This document shows, piece after piece, positions 9,961 to 22,500 of a stretch of 64,000 nucleotides of DNA. This DNA is from Blasia pusilla (taxonomy: Eukaryota): NCBI GenBank assembly GCA_050084515.1, contig CM114271.1:24180001-24244000 (forward strand), given 5' to 3'. Under the pieces are notes generated by a model. The model had not been told where the DNA came from, searched no databases, and worked only from the letters and a program-made list of their open reading frames with translations. Position numbers and translations under genes: made by a program. How positions within the stretch are numbered: position 1 is the first letter of the stretch; the number at the start of each line of letters is the position of its first letter.

Positions 9961-12900
9961 TCATGATGTTTCTCCAAACTCCATAAAAGTATCCTCTAAG
10001 CTATCAAACTCTGGTGTAGGTGCAAAACGACCGTGAATAGTAGAAGGTTTTTTGATAATGTTGGGGGTATGGTTGCGCATTTTCTCTCGCGATTTGTTAA
10101 CAACTAATTTACTGCCTAGTACTTCGTTCTGAACTAATACATCAGATGGAGTAAATGATGGTAACTCTTCACAAGTAATGGAAAGGGTGGGCAACACTTC
10201 TGGAATAGGTTTCATATGATTGTCGAATTGACGTTCGTTGATATAGTCGATTTCTTCGTTCATCTGTTGTTCGAAATTCTTGCTTGCTTCGTCGACTAGC
10301 TCCTTGACATCTTGCGGGTCCATCTGGGCTTCGTTGAGTAGCTTCTGCTTTGCTTCCAATATTGCGATCCTACCTGTAGCCTCCGACCACTTCGCCAGTA
10401 AGTCTTTGTTCGTTTCTTGATTTTCTTGAAGCAACTTCGAAGATTCAGCATGTTGGATGGCCAACTTCTTGAATTCGGTGTGAACACGCCGTATTTGATG
10501 CTGATACTGTTGAATTAGCTGCGACGCTTTTTTTACCTGCGAAGCTAACTGATCCGCTCCACATTCGAGGTTAATTTCCAAACTCTCCCATTGACGTGCG
10601 TTTCGAGCTTCGTACTGACACTGGACCAAGTCGCTTTGAGCTTTGCGAAGTGTGGTCTTCGTGTCTTCGAGTTCCTGATCCCGTAAGTGAAGATTTTTTT
10701 CTGCTACTCGATGTTGTGCTTCGTTTTCTGACGAAGCTTGTGCCCTACAGTTGAGGTCGTCCAGGGCTTGTAAATAATCGTCCACCAACACTGTATCCTC
10801 TAGGCGAAGAACATGTTGGATTTGATTTATGATTGGAACCGCTAGTTGCAAGAACCACACCATATCGTTTGCCGTCTGGGACATGAGACGAAGTGCAGGT
10901 TGGTGATCACTTGCCCGCGGTGTCTCGTCGGAGTCCTCCTGATTGACGGGTTCTGGGGCCGAGGATGTTTCAAAATTGACTCGGCCATGCTTTGGCCGTG
11001 GCATTTCGGTGGTGTCTTCGTCCTTCTTTAAAGCCGAAGTATGAAGATGTTGCTTGGGTTTGGGTGCTTCACAGGGCGGTGTGACTTCGCGGCTACCCAT
11101 GGTACCAGTTCCTCCTTTTCGTGGTAGTCGGACGGGGGTAACTTGCGACCAATCTAGCGCCTCATCTGTTGTCAATTCCTGCTTATGAATATAAAGATGG
11201 ATCAAGAAAGGAGATAGGAAGGACTTCGTGCTTGGATGAAGCGCTGTCGTATAGTAAACTCAACCAGTGTGTAAACTCCTTCGTCATTAAGTGTTAGATA
11301 GAGTTTCATTAGTATTAAGTAAATTGGCTTAGAAAAAGGAGATTCTTATATTTAAACCTCTTTATGGTGCCTCTTTTATGCGGGCCCAACTTTAGGAAAA
11401 GGAGGTAATAAATAAAAGATGACTTTGTAAAAGTAAAGTAGTTGCTTTAATGAAAAGCAAAAGTAGTCTTGGTTGGTGGCTAGGTTAGTTGGGGTAATTT
11501 GGAAAATATCATGTGGGTAAAAGAGGATATTTTGGAAGAGATAAGAGGAAATCTACTTGTGTCAAAATGTGATTGGCTAAGCCTTGAGAGGAAGCCATGT
11601 GGCACAAGATAAGATAAGCTCTATTTCGTACTCTTGTGGATCCCTTGTGAGTATATAAAGAGGAGGGACCTTCAAGGGTTCATCACCTTCTATTCCACAT
11701 CTTGAGTCTCTCGTGTCTCTCTTGAGTGTATGGCTTTGGGATTGCTTGCTCTTCCAATGAGAGTGGATCACCCCTCTTGGGAGAGTAACTTGACTATGGT
11801 CTATTCTTTGAGAGATTTCTAGAGTGTGGTGTGTGTGTGTGGGGATGAGAGGTTTGTCACCGTAGAGGAGTTTAGTCATACTAAAATAGCGGATGTTTTG
11901 GCTTGTTACTTTCCCAATGAGAGTGGATTACCCCTCTTGGGAGAATAACTCCGCCAAAACCCATTCTTGAGGAGAGTAGAGAATGTGTGTCAAGCATGGA
12001 TAGGGGTGGAGCACGAGCTGTGCCCAAATTTCCTTTCCTCAATCCTTACCATGTCAAGGTACTCTTTGTAGATAGGCACTGGTTCACTCGCTATTTAGTT
12101 TATCACTTTGGGGAGGCGTTCATGAACCAAGTCATGCAATCTCCAACTCCGGTGATTCTTCCTATTGTCACATATGGAAGGACGTGGGATTGTACTTTGT
12201 ATGTCCTTATATAGCGATCCATGGATGTCAATAGGCCTGCTCAAGTAGGGTTTAACACTAGTTGTGCTATCTTCCTCGTGTACAAGCGTAAAATAGTTTA
12301 TAGGGATTTTATAGTTAGGAATTTTGGGGTCCGATGTTACGAAGAAGTGATCGCCTCGGCACTTCCATTTGTGATACATGTCGTAAGAGAATGGAGAGTG
12401 TACATCATAATTTTGTATTGAAAAAGGAGAACTTATTAGAGAGTTCACCTTGCATCAACCGCATCTACCGCAGCTAGAAGGCCCGCCCTTGCTCGAAGAA
12501 AGACTCTCGACACGACAGCGCTTCCACCATTGCTCGTACGTGCCCGTCCACAAAAGAAGCGAAGTCGACTCCTAAGGCTTTGGGTTCCTGGTGCTGATTC
12601 CAGATGATGTAGCACATCTTCACGAGCTTATTCGTCAGATAGTAAGAACAAGCGGGATAAAACAGAGTCATCAAATGTTTGCAAAACTGACCAAAGACTG
12701 GCGGTGAGAGTGAAGTAGCCTTGTAGCCATTCCTGCCCAAGCGATCCGACGTGACACAGCCGAGTGCTAAGAGATCTTCGTGCTTTACTAGCAACTCCGT
12801 GTCATACTCGTACTCTGGAGCAGTCGGGAGTAGATAAGTTGCTCTCGGGTCATCCGCCGTCCATTGTTGTGGCTGAGCTCGATAGCGAAGACCCTTCCTT

Positions 12901-13043
12901 CAAAACTTGGCTGCGGCAGTCGAAGAGCGAAGCTCGCCGAGGAGTTCTCCGGATGTCAAGGTCCAGTTGGCTTGAAAGAAAGTTTCCAACGATTGCTCCT
13001 CTAGTGCTTCGACCAGCTTCGGTGACACCTTGACCGTCGGCAT
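9961..13043 (-). pseudogene. 3' extra ORF of element A (about 600 aa, coiled-coil C-terminus), split by solo LTR D
   Basis: Homologous to 26930-28738 of element B; coding pieces 12518-13043 and 9961-11244. Confidence 0.85.
11245..12517. mobile_element. Element D: solo LTR of an unrelated family
   Basis: Termini tgtcgt...acgaca; 4-bp TSD GCGC (11241-11244, 12518-12521); the empty site is visible in element B; TATA-like gtatataaag at 11651; internal 38-bp direct repeat near 11753 and 11913. Confidence 0.88.
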
Positions 13044-13372
13044 TGCCGCGCTTCGCAGAATGGGCGTGGAGTCTTTGCGAGGCATGCTGCTAGGTCGATC
13101 TCGATGGACACCCCGCTTTGGTCTGCTATGCAACTTTGTGGTGATCCTATCCATGAAAATACCCGCTTGGTTACGAAGGAACGCTTTTATAGTTTGCTCC
13201 CCCTGTCAGTTCTTGGTCGTGGCGCCGGGGTTGTAACAAGAAGGTTGGCGCTTCGCGTCTTTGCCACGCTCCAACAACTTCTTGCGCTTTGCTGCTTTGC
13301 GAAGCTCCGGGACTTCTTGAACTTCGCTGCTTCACGAAGCGGGAAGCGTTTGCCTACCCCCTTCCTCCTGTT

Positions 13373-16300
13373 TCAGTCCGCATAAGGTTCGGGCTCATAA
13401 TAAAAGCGCACATGCATGCCATTGACTCGAGTGGGCAGGGATTCTCCTTGTAAGGTCTCTAACTGTAGGGATCCATTATCATAGATGGCCAATACCCGGT
13501 AGGGTCCCATCCAATTTAATTTTAATTTTCCGGGGAACTTGAGCCGCCGGTTGTCATACAATAGCACTAAGTCTCCAACGCTGATAGATTGTGGCCGGAG
13601 ATGTCGATCGTAACGTTGTTTACGTTCTTTTTGCACCTGGGCTGTCCGGCATAACGCGAGCATGCGTGCCTCTTCCAACGCAACCAAGGTCTCATTCGTG
13701 TGTTCGAGAACTTCGCCCACGGCCTCCGTTCTTGTTCCCTCCAATACCCGATAAGTGGGCAAAGCCCATTGAATAGGTGTTAAGGGATGCACGCCATAAG
13801 CCAAGAAGAACGGGGTGTACTTTGTAGTAACCTTCTCAGCTGTTCGGTACGCCCATAATGCCACGGCAATTTTCGTGTCCCAATCATAGGAATATGTTAC
13901 CGTCAATCGATTCAATATTCGGAAAATAAGGCCGTTAGATTTTTCCGTCAACCCGTTGGCTTTAGGGTTGTAGGGGTTGGTTTTCTGATGCTTAATGAGA
14001 AAGTGGGAAGTGAGAGACTCAATAGTCTGGTTTAAGAAGTGCGTGCCACGGTCACTTACTAGTTCCAACGGACAGCCATACCGCGTGATAATCATCTCAT
14101 ATAAAAACTTGGCCACTGCTTCACTGTCATCTTTTCGCATGGCTACCGCTTCGACCATCTTAGTACAATAGTCAGTGGCGATAAGAATATACTTCCGCCG
14201 GGTTTGGCGAGTGGTAGGGGAGATAGGGCCCACGAAGTCAATGCCCCATTTTTCAAAAGGAGCTAGGGGCATGATGGGGACCAAAGGCCACCGCGTAGTT
14301 GCCGTGGGTCGACGTGCTCTTTGACAGGCATCACAACTCCAAATAAAATTACCTACGTCTTTGTACATAGTTGGCCACCAATAACGTGCGGCCAAAATTT
14401 TCTTAACGGTATTTTTTACCGCATAGTGTCCACCAGAATCAGCCATATGCAGGGCTCTGATGACCTGGGGGACTTCTTCTGCTTCCAAGCATCGTCGATA
14501 CTCTTCATCAGCACCTAATTTGAATAGGACCCCTTGACATATCTCATATGGTCCTATCCGATGTAAGAAAACTGCGCGTTCTTCCGCTGTCATCGGGGTA
14601 GGAAGTCGCAGAATCATTAGAAAACGCAGAATATCATCATAAAAAGACTAGCTCAACCGATCCTCTGTTATCTGGAACGGGTCTTCATCGAGAAAGGTAT
14701 CATCGACGGATTGGGTGAGGTCCGCGTTTGTCATCCTCAACCGGGAAAGAAAATCTGCATTGGTATGCACCTTGCCGGCACGGGTAACAACATTGAATGT
14801 GAATTCTTGTAGCAACAAGATCCACCGTGCAATATGCCCTGACAGGTCTTCTTTCACCATTAAGGGTCTGAGTGCAAAATGATCAACATGGAAGATAAAT
14901 TTTTACCCTAATAAATAGTGTCGGAACTTTTTACATGAGAAGACCATGCCTAACGCCTCTCGTTCGGTAGTTGTATATTTCTGCTCCGCTGCTGATAGTT
15001 GTCGGCCGGCGTAGTAAATCGGAAAGTCATGTTTGTTCTTATCCAATTGGCTGAGTACTACTCCAATGGCAAATGAGGATGTGTCCACATATACGTGGAA
15101 GGGTTTGGTCCAATCGGGGGACCGAAGTACAGGAGCTTTTTGCAATGCGTCTTTTAAGGTGTGAAATGCCGCTTAGCACATTGGTGTCCACTCCCATTCG
15201 GTGGTCTTTTTAAGTAACGCAGTAAGAGCTCCCGCTTCTACCGCATAATCTTTAATAAATCTTCGATAGTACCCGACGTGTCCCAAGAATCCTCTCAATT
15301 CCCGGAGGTTGGTGGGTGGTTCCAATGCGACGATAATATCCACCTTGGCCTTGTCGACCTCAATTCCCTGAACCGACACTCTGTGTCCCAACAGAATTCC
15401 TTGTTTCATAGCAATATACGATTTGTCCGGATGGAGGGACAATTGCACTTCGCGACAACGCGCGAGTGTTAATTCTAACTTTTCCAGATGTTCGGCCTCT
15501 GTGCTGAAGATACAAAAATCGTCCAAAAAGATTTCCACGAACTTCCTCAAATACTCCTGGAAAATGGAGATCATCATCCGTTGGAAAGTAGCTAGGGCAT
15601 TGCATAACCCAAAGGGCATTACGCAATATGCGAACGTTCCCCAATACGTGGTGAACGTGGTGAGGGGACAATCCTTTTCTCGTATGGATACCTGGTTATA
15701 ACCCGAGTATCCGTCCAAGAAAGTATAACGCTCGTGCCCGACAACTTTATCCAAAATACTGTCAGGATGGTGGTCTTTTAAGGTTGCAGCATTCAGTTTC
15801 CAATAATCTTGGCACACTCGGATTTTCCCCGTTTGTTTTTTAGGTACAATTACGATGGGCGACACCCACTCGCTGCTTAACACAGAATAAATTATTCCTG
15901 CCTCGAGACGCTGGTCGATCTTGTCCTTGACTAACAATGAATACTTTGGATTGAGTCGATACTGTCGCATTCCCACCGGGAGTGCCCCCTCTTTAAGGTC
16001 AATTCGGTGTTCACCATACCGCGCGGGAATGCTTGTCATTTCATCCATGGAGTATGCAAAGACATCCAAATACTCAAACAATAGTTTTTTATACTTCATA
16101 AGTTTGGTGGGAGACAAATCCGCCGAAAGGCGTAGAGACTTCTGATCTGAAATAACGACCTGGACGTAGTCCTGATCCTGAACCATGTTCTCTGTTAACT
16201 AAAATGTGCTATGACCCAGCTTCTCTTCCTCTCGGGTTGACTTTGGCTTGGGGGGTACCGACTCCTCGTCTATTTCGTAACATTCTAAATAATACACCTG

Positions 16301-17875
16301 GGACGAGGACTCCATAGCTGTTCTTTGGTCTTGATTTTACGTATAGTCGTCGTCCGTCGGTGGCGTCTCTCCTTGGGGTGGTCGTGATTTCCACGACAGC
16401 TTGATGAGCCGCTTCGAGACCTGATCTGGCGCCTGGAACGTGAAATGTCGCCTTTTCCAATCCGTAGTCACCCTCGCACCATACAGCCAGGGTCTCCCAA
16501 TGAGCAAAGGATAGCTCGTGGTTGTCAGGGGCTGCAAGACTAAGTAGTCCAACACAAACAGCACCCCCCCGAGCAGGGTCGGGATTTGAGTGAGCTGTCC
16601 TAGGGGTCTCTTCGTGGATTGATCCGCAAACCGCAGATACTTGTCTGTGGGCTCGTACACTGTATACCCTAGTGCCAGAGTTGTTTGCTTTGTCATAATG
16701 TTAATTCCGCTTCCGGAATCAATGGGGACCTTCTTAATGGTGTGGCCCTCAATTTCCACCTCCACCTCTCGGGCTCCCAAGTCTTCTACTTCGATCCGGA
16801 ACAGATCCACCACTGGCAGATGAGTTGCCGACTTCCTGGGTTTTTTCCGGCTTATTTTCCACTGCTGCAAAATTTTTCTGTACACTGGGTTATCCATTAG
16901 TAATTGTAGCAGGGTTATGTTGGTCGGGGTTGACGCCAAGTCCCTCAGTAAGTCGTAAGCTTCTAGGACCAGCGGTGATGTCGCAATGGCTTGGACTGTT
17001 GGACTTGGTTTGGTCTTTGTCTTCTCTGGGGTCTGTTTCCCCTCGGTTTCCTGGTCCTCACGCACTTGAGCACAAACCTGGTCCTCTACATCCTGATGGA
17101 AGTACCTCGGATGACTTCGATCAAAGGCCGGGTCCACATCGCCTTTGAGGATGGCCTTCCCGGCACGGAAGGCGTTCACAGCTTTGGTCTTGGGCTCCCT
17201 AGCTTCGCGCGAAGACAAAGCACCCTTCCTTGCCTTTGGGATCCCCGCGGTCTGACTCTTCGACCTCGTGGTGACAACCAGAACGGTTTCTTGGAACTCT
17301 TTGGGCCAGTCCGATGATTCCTCGTTGGCCCCTCCGGTCGAGTCTTCCTTACTGATAGTGACTCGCCTTGGTCTCGGGGACACTACTTCTTCCACTCGGA
17401 CAAGTTGTACATTTACGTCATTTTTGGGCTCTGGTTGAGCCGCTGGAGTGTTGACATATTTGACCAACAACCGTGGAACCTTGGGCTCCGGGCATTCTAC
17501 GGCAGTGTGTCCGCCCTTCTTGCAGTTCCCGCATAAGGGATTGAGTCCCAATGGTCCGCTGCGCCGCAGTTATAACAACAATTTTGTTTGATGGGTGGCG
17601 TGAAGGCTGCCGCGCCCATAATCTGTCTCAGGGGTCTCTGTTCCCCGTATTCCGGAGGCACATACCGCGTGATCCAGCTTCTCCCGGGGTTTGGGGGTGG
17701 CACAGCTTGGACGGCATAGCACCCTTCCCACTGTTCAGGTTCATACCACCCTTCTTCAATAGTGGCCTCTTCCTAGATCCACCGTAGATCCCTCTAAGTA
17801 GGGCATTCCTGTACAATATGCCCTTGGGTTCCGCAACTACTACACCAAATGTTGGGCCTCATCAGACCGGGTCGT
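13373..17875 (-). pseudogene. Element A gag 3' part and pol (Zn knuckles, protease, RT, RNase H, integrase)
   Basis: CGNCKKGGHTAVEC; PIDSGSG; IFLDDF; VYVDTS...TEREAL; H-H-C-C, WGIDF, SDRG, GLTE, WMGPY. Frameshifts present; no chromodomain. Confidence 0.95.
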
Positions 17876-19097
17876 TGTGATACCCACAATTTTGTACTTT
17901 GGAAGAAATATATCTTTTTATTGAACAAAGACTCTTGTACATTATGGTTTGGATTATTATATGCAATTATGGAGAAGAACGAGTAAGATTCAAGTGAATC
18001 ACCAAGCTCCTAAGACAAGGCAGAGAGATGGAAGATCAAGGATTTGCCTTAGAGGAGAGTCAAAAGCCGTAACGAAGTATAAAGGATCAACGCGAAGCTT
18101 AGCGAAGCTCAACGAAGCTCTGTACACGAAGTACTTCGCTCTTAAACGAAGCACGAAGAGCGAAGAACGAAGCACGAAGAGCGAAGAACGAAGAACGAAG
18201 AACGAAGAACGAAGCACGAAGCACGAAGAGAATGAAGAATGAAGAGCCAGACTCGGAAATTCAGCGCAGTGGCTTCAAAGATAATTGTGATTCGAACCGG
18301 CACATAGTTAAAACAGTTAGCCTAGGAAGAAGCGCAACCCTTTGTATCAGATAGACAGTTAGGACAATTTTGTTCTCCGGATTCCTAGAGACCATCAGAA
18401 AAGGAACGCACACCATAGATCCAGGTAGTTACAGATATTGAAGAGACACCAACTTCATCAAGAACGCTTCGGATCTTAGAAACGCTCCTACTCTTGAGAA
18501 TATTTAAGAAACAGGACGAAGCTATCATTATCATTCGCTCATGAAGTCCTTATCTTTGTAGGAATGGTCGAGCAAGAGAGTTGTACCCTCTCGAGCTTGT
18601 ATATACTTTGAAGTCTTCCCATTCTTGATGGAGTAGTAAAGCAATCATTCATTCATTCCGATGTGCGATGCTTATGTATGAGTATTCTTTTTGGTCTCAG
18701 TGAGTGAAGAGTGAATCAAAGCGAACCTTTCTCATCAATGGAATAATCAACATAGAGTTGTATGAAATCTGTTTTGAGAGTAACCTGCCAAGACGGATTA
18801 AGTTCCGAAAGTAGGAGAAGCCAACTTTATTCTTGAGATCTCTGTGAGGTTCCGAGATGTCGAGAGAACAATTTGCCTGAGCGTACTTTAAATTCCACTC
18901 GAGAGAATTGAAGAAGAAAACATAGGTACTAAGAAGGATCGGAAGATGTTACTGAAATACTACATTTAAATCACATAATCAACCACACTACTTTTACAAC
19001 ATAATAATCACTTTATCCTCTCTTTTCATCCAACAATGATCCTCTTGGGGATCGAACTCTACAAATGACTGTAAATAAGAAACACTTGGACATAACA
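17876..19097 (+). repeat. 5' LTR of element B
   Basis: tgtgatacc...cataaca; reverse complement of the A LTRs. Confidence 0.95.
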
Positions 19098-19114
19098 TAT
19101 AGTCGAAGACTTTT

Positions 19115-19134
19115 TGGCGCCGCTGCCGGGGATC
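19115..19134 (+). promoter_or_regulatory. Primer-binding site, tRNA-Asp type (Athila-like), 17 nt from the LTR
   Basis: TGGCGCCGCTGCCGGGGATC versus the Athila-type PBS TGGCGCCGTTGCCGGGGA. Confidence 0.85.
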
Positions 19135-19166
19135 ATATCCTTGGTTGAGAAGGGAGAGAGAGACCC

Positions 19167-19534
19167 ATGGGGAATCAGGGAGCAGAGAAAGAAGCTTCGC
19201 CCCTAGACGACCCAACAATCTAGTTCTTACTAAAGACCATCGGCTAGCTCTAGCGACCCCCATAAGACAATGGATGCTTGAAGATAACAATAAATTTGCT
19301 GCATTGGTGCTAGAGAAAATAGACCAACTAATTAGAATGGTCAAAGAACCAGTCGCCGAACGGTGCTTTGCCCATGGACGCTAGTTGTACTTGGTGAAAA
19401 CCCGGTACTTCTGTTTATGGGAGGAAAACCTGGCAGGAAGCTTATGAGCACCAGGCACACTCCTGTAGATGTAAAAAGAATAAGTAGTTAACCTCCCTCC
19501 ATGGACCCTTATCCTATCGCCACCATGAGGGTGA
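19167..19534 (+). pseudogene. 5' extra ORF of element B (degraded)
   Basis: MGNQGAEKEAS..RRPNNLVL...ERCF, homologous to 31430-31798 of A. Confidence 0.6.
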
Positions 19535-19564
19535 ACGCAAGTTGCCAAATCCCACAAGAGACTT

Positions 19565-22500
19565 ATGGAAGGCTCTCGGCCCTCTTTGCAAGAGCAAATG
19601 AGCCGATCGGGCGCAGTGATGGCGGCTAGAGAACAAAGAACCGGCTTGGAGACCGCCTGGTTCATCTCCAAGTCTCCGTCCTCGTCCGAAGGCGAAGAGC
19701 AAGGAGAAAGAAAGGGACAAATTCTCCACTACGCCCCCGCGATTCGCGCATCGGACGAAGAGTCGTCCTGGGACCCCTTTGGGGAGTCAGGGAGCGAGGA
19801 GCCGATCAGAGCACCTCGGGCGGCACCGTTACCTCCTGCCTCTCGAGCATCAAGCCCGAGAGCCGGGAGGAGAGCGGTTCCCATGGCCAACACTAGAAAA
19901 ACTCTGCTAAGGTACCCCAGCTTTGCTGGGGGACGACGAGACGATGTGGATAACTTTGTGCTTGAATTCACCCATGTCACAAAAGCCAACGGGGAAGGTG
20001 CAGAGGAGGATTTGTTACGAGTCTTTCCGGGCCTACTCAAGAAGCGAGCAAGCCAGTGGTACGAAGGTCTCGGAGCAGAAGTCACGGAAACCTGGAAAAG
20101 GGTCTTGGAATCCTTCCTACATGAGTTCCGCGACTTGGAGTTCGAGGACAGGCTTCTTACAAAGCTTTGCGACCTGAAGCGAAGAAAGAAGGAGACCCTC
20201 CGAGAATATACCCAAAGGTTCCGGAGCCTTGTGAATAAGCTGGAGCACACGACTACCTCCCAATTGGTAGATTCGTTCGTGTCCGGCTTGTCCAAAGAAA
20301 TGGATCGGTATTGCTGGAGAGGCCAACGGGATTCCCTGGAAGCGGTCATAGCCTCCGTTGAGGCGTACGAAGCCTCAGAAAAGTCCCGCCGAACACGAAG
20401 ACGGCGTCACCAATGGAGAGGGGTGTCGCAGACTAGTGCTTCGTCTGAAGACGAAGCGTCCTCCACAGACACGGAATCCTCTACGGAGGATTCGTCCGAG
20501 TCCTCGGACTCGGAGCATGAGGTGAAAGCTAAAAGGAAAGGGAAGAGCAGGCATAATCGCTCCCCCAAGCACCAGAATAAAACCCGACCAAGCACCAAGC
20601 GTCGTCCCTAGCAGTCGGAAAGTCCAGTGAGAGGGATAGCAAGGAAGGTCGGCAAGTCGGCCATGGAGGAACTCAGTAAACAAATGGCTGAGTTGAAGGT
20701 ACATCTGGCGGCCCAGAAGGACCCTAGAAGACGACCCGGGCTGATGAGGCCCAACATTTGGTGTAGTAGTTGCGGAACCCAGGGGCATACTGTACAGGAA
20801 TGCCCTACTCCGAGGGATCTACGGTGGATCCAGGAGGAGGCCCCTATTGAAGAAGGGTGGCATGAACCGGAACAGTGGGAAGGGTGCTATGCCGTCCAAG
20901 CGGTGCCACCCCCAAACCCCGGGAGAAGCTGGATCACGCGGTATGTACCTCCGGAATACGGAGAACAGAGACCCCTGAGACAGATTATGGGCGCGGCAGC
21001 CTTCACGCCACCCATCAAACGAAATTTTTGTTATAATTGCGGCTCAACGGACCATTGGGCCAATAATTGCCCAAACCCAAAGCGACCAGTGGGACTCAAT
21101 CCCTTATGCGGGAACTGCAAGAAGGGCGGGCACACTGCCGTGGAATGCCCGTAGCCCAAGGTCCCGTGTTTGTTGGTCAGATATGTAAACAGTCCTGCGG
21201 CTCAACCAGAGCCCAAAAATGACGTAAATGTACAACTGGTCCGAGTGGAAGAAGTAGTGTCCCCGAGAACAAAGCGAGTCACTATCAGTGAGGAAGACTC
21301 GACCGAAGGGGCCAACGAGGAATCATCGGACTGGCCCAAAGAGTTCCAAGAAACCGTTTTGGCGGTCACCACGAGGTCGAAGAGTCAGACCGCGGGGATC
21401 CCAAAGGTAAAGAAGGGTGCTTCGTCTTCGCGCGAAGCTAGGGAGCCCAAGAACAAAGCTGTGAACACCTTACGTGCCGGGAAGGCCATCCTCAAAGGCG
21501 ATGTGGACCCAGCCTTTGATCGAAGTCATCCGAAATACTTCCATCAGGATGTAGAGGACCAGGTTCGTGCTCAAGTTCGTGAGGACCAGGAACCAGAGAG
21601 GAAACCGACCCCAGAGAAGACAAAGGCCAAACAAAGTCCGACAGTCCAAGCCATGGCGACATCACCGCTGGTCCTAGAAGCTTACGATTTACTGAGGGAC
21701 TTGGCATCAACCCCGGCCAACATAAACCTGCTACAGTTGCTAATGGATAACCCAGTATACGGAAAAATCTTGCAGCAGTGGAAAATCAGCCGGAAAAGAC
21801 CCAGGAAGTCGGCAAAGCATCTGCTAGTGGTGGATTTGTTCCGTATCGAAGTAGAAGACTTGGGAGCCCCAGAACTGGAGGTGGAAATTGAGGGCCATAC
21901 TATTAAGAAGGTCCCCATTGATTTCGGAAGCGGAATCAATATTATGACGGAGCAAACAGCTCGGGCCCTAGGGTATCGATGTAATGAGCCCAGACAAGTA
22001 TTTGCGGTTTGCGGATCAATCCAGGAAGAGACCCCTAGGACAGCTCACGCAAATTCCGACCATGCTCGGGGGGGTGTTGTTCCTGTTGGACTACTTAGTC
22101 TTGCAGCCCTTGACCACCACGGGCTATCCTTTGCTCATCGGGAGACCCTGGCTGTATGGCGCGAGGGTGACTACGGATTGGAAAAGGCGACGTTTCACGT
22201 TCCAGGCACCGAATCAGGTCTCGAAGCGGCTCATCAAGGTGTTGTGGAAATCTCGACCACCCCAAGGAGAGACGCCACCAATTGACGACGGCTATACGTC
22301 AGATCAAGACAACACAACCGCTACGGAGTCCTCGTCCCAGGTGTATTATTTAGAATGTTACGATATAGACGAGGAGTCGTTACCCTCCAAGCCAAGGTCG
22401 ACCCGAGAGGAAGAGAAGCTAGGTCATAGCACCTTCCAGTTTACAGAGCACATGATTCAGGAGCAGGACTAAGTCCAGGTCGTTATTGCAGATCAAAAGT

